Shown piece after piece: positions 61,781 through 64,000 of a stretch of 64,000 bases of DNA. A program made the position numbers and the translations under genes. Below the pieces are notes generated by a model, which was not told where the DNA came from, ran no database searches, and was given only the letters and a program-made list of their open reading frames with translations. This DNA is from Malacoraja senta. Its lineage: Eukaryota. Every line of letters begins with the position of its first letter. Position 1 is the first letter of the stretch. The stretch is taken from the NCBI GenBank assembly GCA_038087875.1, contig CM075988.1, positions 23,190,001 through 23,254,000 of the forward strand. The letters run 5' to 3'.

Positions 61781-62291
61781 AAGGAAAATCTTCAGTGCTG
61801 GGGTACAACATACAGCTGCTGCTGTGTCACAGGAGACCATGAAATATTTTTTCCCAGGGGACAGCAAGAGATTTATATAGCAGCTGCCAAAATGATCAAC
61901 ACAATCGCTTTTGGGCAGCAGGCAGCGAATGCTAATGTTTCCACCACAGGTTAAATAGTTTCGGAAATAAATACACATGTTAAAACCTGATTCTTCCTGT
62001 GAACTTTTAAAATACTTCTTGCAAGCATTAACTAGCATAGTTGGCAGCTTTGGTGAAAAGCAGGTATTGTGTCCATAACCTTAATCGAAGATGCATAAAA
62101 CCAACAGTAATGCGAGTACCATACGGGAAATGTAAAGATACGTTATCTGTATAAAGTAGATCTCTGGCTTATCGTACTTGCTTGAGTACTGAGTATCCTA
62201 AAGGTCTAACTTTATGCCGGGCTGCCAGTATTGCCTTGAAGATCTACCCAAGGACTATTAAAGTTAACATAAAACCTTTCTATGCCTCATT

Positions 62292-62988
62292 GTCGATGGT
62301 TGAAAGGGTCAAGAGCTTCAAATTCCTGGGCGTGCACATCTCTGAAGATCTTTCCTGGTCCGAGAACACTGATGCAATTATCAAGAAAGCACATCAGCGC
62401 CTCTACTTCCTGAGAAGATTACGGCGAGTCGGTTTGTCAAGGAGGACTCTCTCTAACTTCCACAGATGCACAGTAGAGAGCATGCTGACCGGTTGCATCG
62501 TGGCTTGGTTCGGCAACTTGAGCGCCCTGGAGAGGAAAAGACTACAAAAAGTAGTAAATACTGCCCAGTCCATCATCGGCTCTGACCTTCCTTCCATCGA
62601 GGGGGTTTATTGCAGTTGCTGCCTCAAAAAGGCTGTCAGTATCATCAAAGACCCACACCATCCTGGCCACACACTCATCTCCCTGCTACCTTCACGTAGA
62701 AGGTACAGGAGCCTGAAGACTGCAATGACCAGGTTCAGGAATAGCTACTTCCCCACAGCCATCAGGCTATTAAACTTGGCTCGGACAAAACTCTGAACAT
62801 TAATAGCCCATTATCTGTTATTTTCACTTTATCAGTTTATTTATTCATGTGTGTATATATTTATATAATGGTATATGGACACACTGATCTGTTTTGTAGT
62901 CATGCCTACTATATTCTGTTGTGCTGAAGCAAAGCAAGAATTTAATTGTCCTATCAGGGACACATGACAATAAACTCACGAACTTGAA
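62292..62988 (+). mobile_element. Rex1/Babar-type LINE 3' end
   Basis: MVERVKSFKFLGVHISEDLSW...KKAHQRLYFLRRL...FRNSYFP; same family as 53125-53734 and the tail-only copy at 26485-26690. Confidence 0.92.
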
Positions 62989-64000
62989 GTTGTCACCTTC
63001 CCCTAGCTAACAATGATCTACATTATCCTTGAGCCTAGTCCCCTTTGATCTCCTGTTTTCACACCTTACCCTTCCATATCTCTGTGTCTCCCTCTCCCCG
63101 ACTCTCAGTCTGAAGAAGGAACTCGACCCGAAACGTCACCCATTCCTTCTCTCCAGAGATGCTGCCTGTCCCGCTGAGTTACTCCAGCATTGCGTATTTA
63201 TCTTCGGGGTAAACCAGCATCTGCAGTTCCTTCCTACACAATAAAATATAACTGGGTGAGAGATAAAACAGGCTATGGTTTATTACAGCCTATTATGCAG
63301 CACTCCTAAAAGATGCATTTTCACACCTTGAGCTTTGCGGGCTTGATAGGATGTGTCTGAGAAAGCAGTTTGCCTTTGGCAGGCAGTGGCAAAATGATCC
63401 AGTTCACTGGAAATTACAAGCCTGCAGATGCTGAAAACCTGAAATAAACCCCCCCCAGAAAATGCTGTAATTACTCAGTAGGTCAGGCAGCATCAATTTG
63501 TCAAGCACTAGCATTCTAAACCAGCCTCAGAGATGGACACAAAATGCTGTAGTAACACAGCAGGTCAGGCAGCATCTCTGGAGAACATGGATAGGTGACG
63601 GAACATGGATATGCCAGGACCCTGCTACCCGACCCAACTGATTTACTCCAGCATTTTGTGTTTGTCTTTGGTATAAACTAACAAGTTCAGTTCCTTTTGA
63701 TTCAACCATTTTCAGGGTACTGTACCAAGAAATAATCAGCATGTTTTCTGATTAGCAACAAGGAACTGCAAGGGGAAGGGTTGCTAGTAATTGAAAAATT
63801 TAAGAATTCAATGTTCACACTGTTGGTTTGGAAGCGTAATAGGAGATGCTCATTCCATAAACCATAGGAGCAGAGATAGGCCATGTACAGTAGCCCATCA
63901 AGTCTACTCCACCATCACAAAGGCAAGCTTGAGCAACAGATGCATGAGATGGAGGAGAATCAGGGAATACAATATACCACGGTAAAACATAAATTCATGT

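Overview
Repeat-dense, apparently non-coding 64-kb window of a cartilaginous-fish genome. It is most likely a skate or ray; this is inferred from HE1/V-SINE-type tRNA-derived SINEs and CR1/HER1-type LINE tails. I found no supportable host protein-coding exon. The longer ORFs I could assign are transposon remnants, microsatellite read-through or their antisense frames. Contents: about 24 tRNA-derived SINE copies, many CR1 3' ends, Rex/Babar, L1/Tx1, RTE and L2 fragments, Penelope-like (PLE) remnants and dozens of their terminal repeats, PIF/Harbinger and hAT non-autonomous elements, micro- and minisatellites, several repeat-free homeobox-motif-rich islands and a 200-N gap. Top finding: two copies (18990-19129 +, 36955-37095 -) of a ~140-bp TSD-flanked retroposon. 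Its first 53 nt fold into a complete minimal HDV/CPEB3-like ribozyme whose predicted cleavage site is the element's 5' end, followed by a 3' stem-loop and an (AAG)n tail. Second finding: the ubiquitous PLE terminal repeat carries a minimal hammerhead core and forms fold-back palindromes that invert at or beside that motif. Ribozyme activity is predicted from sequence only, and family names come from motif recognition, not database searches.
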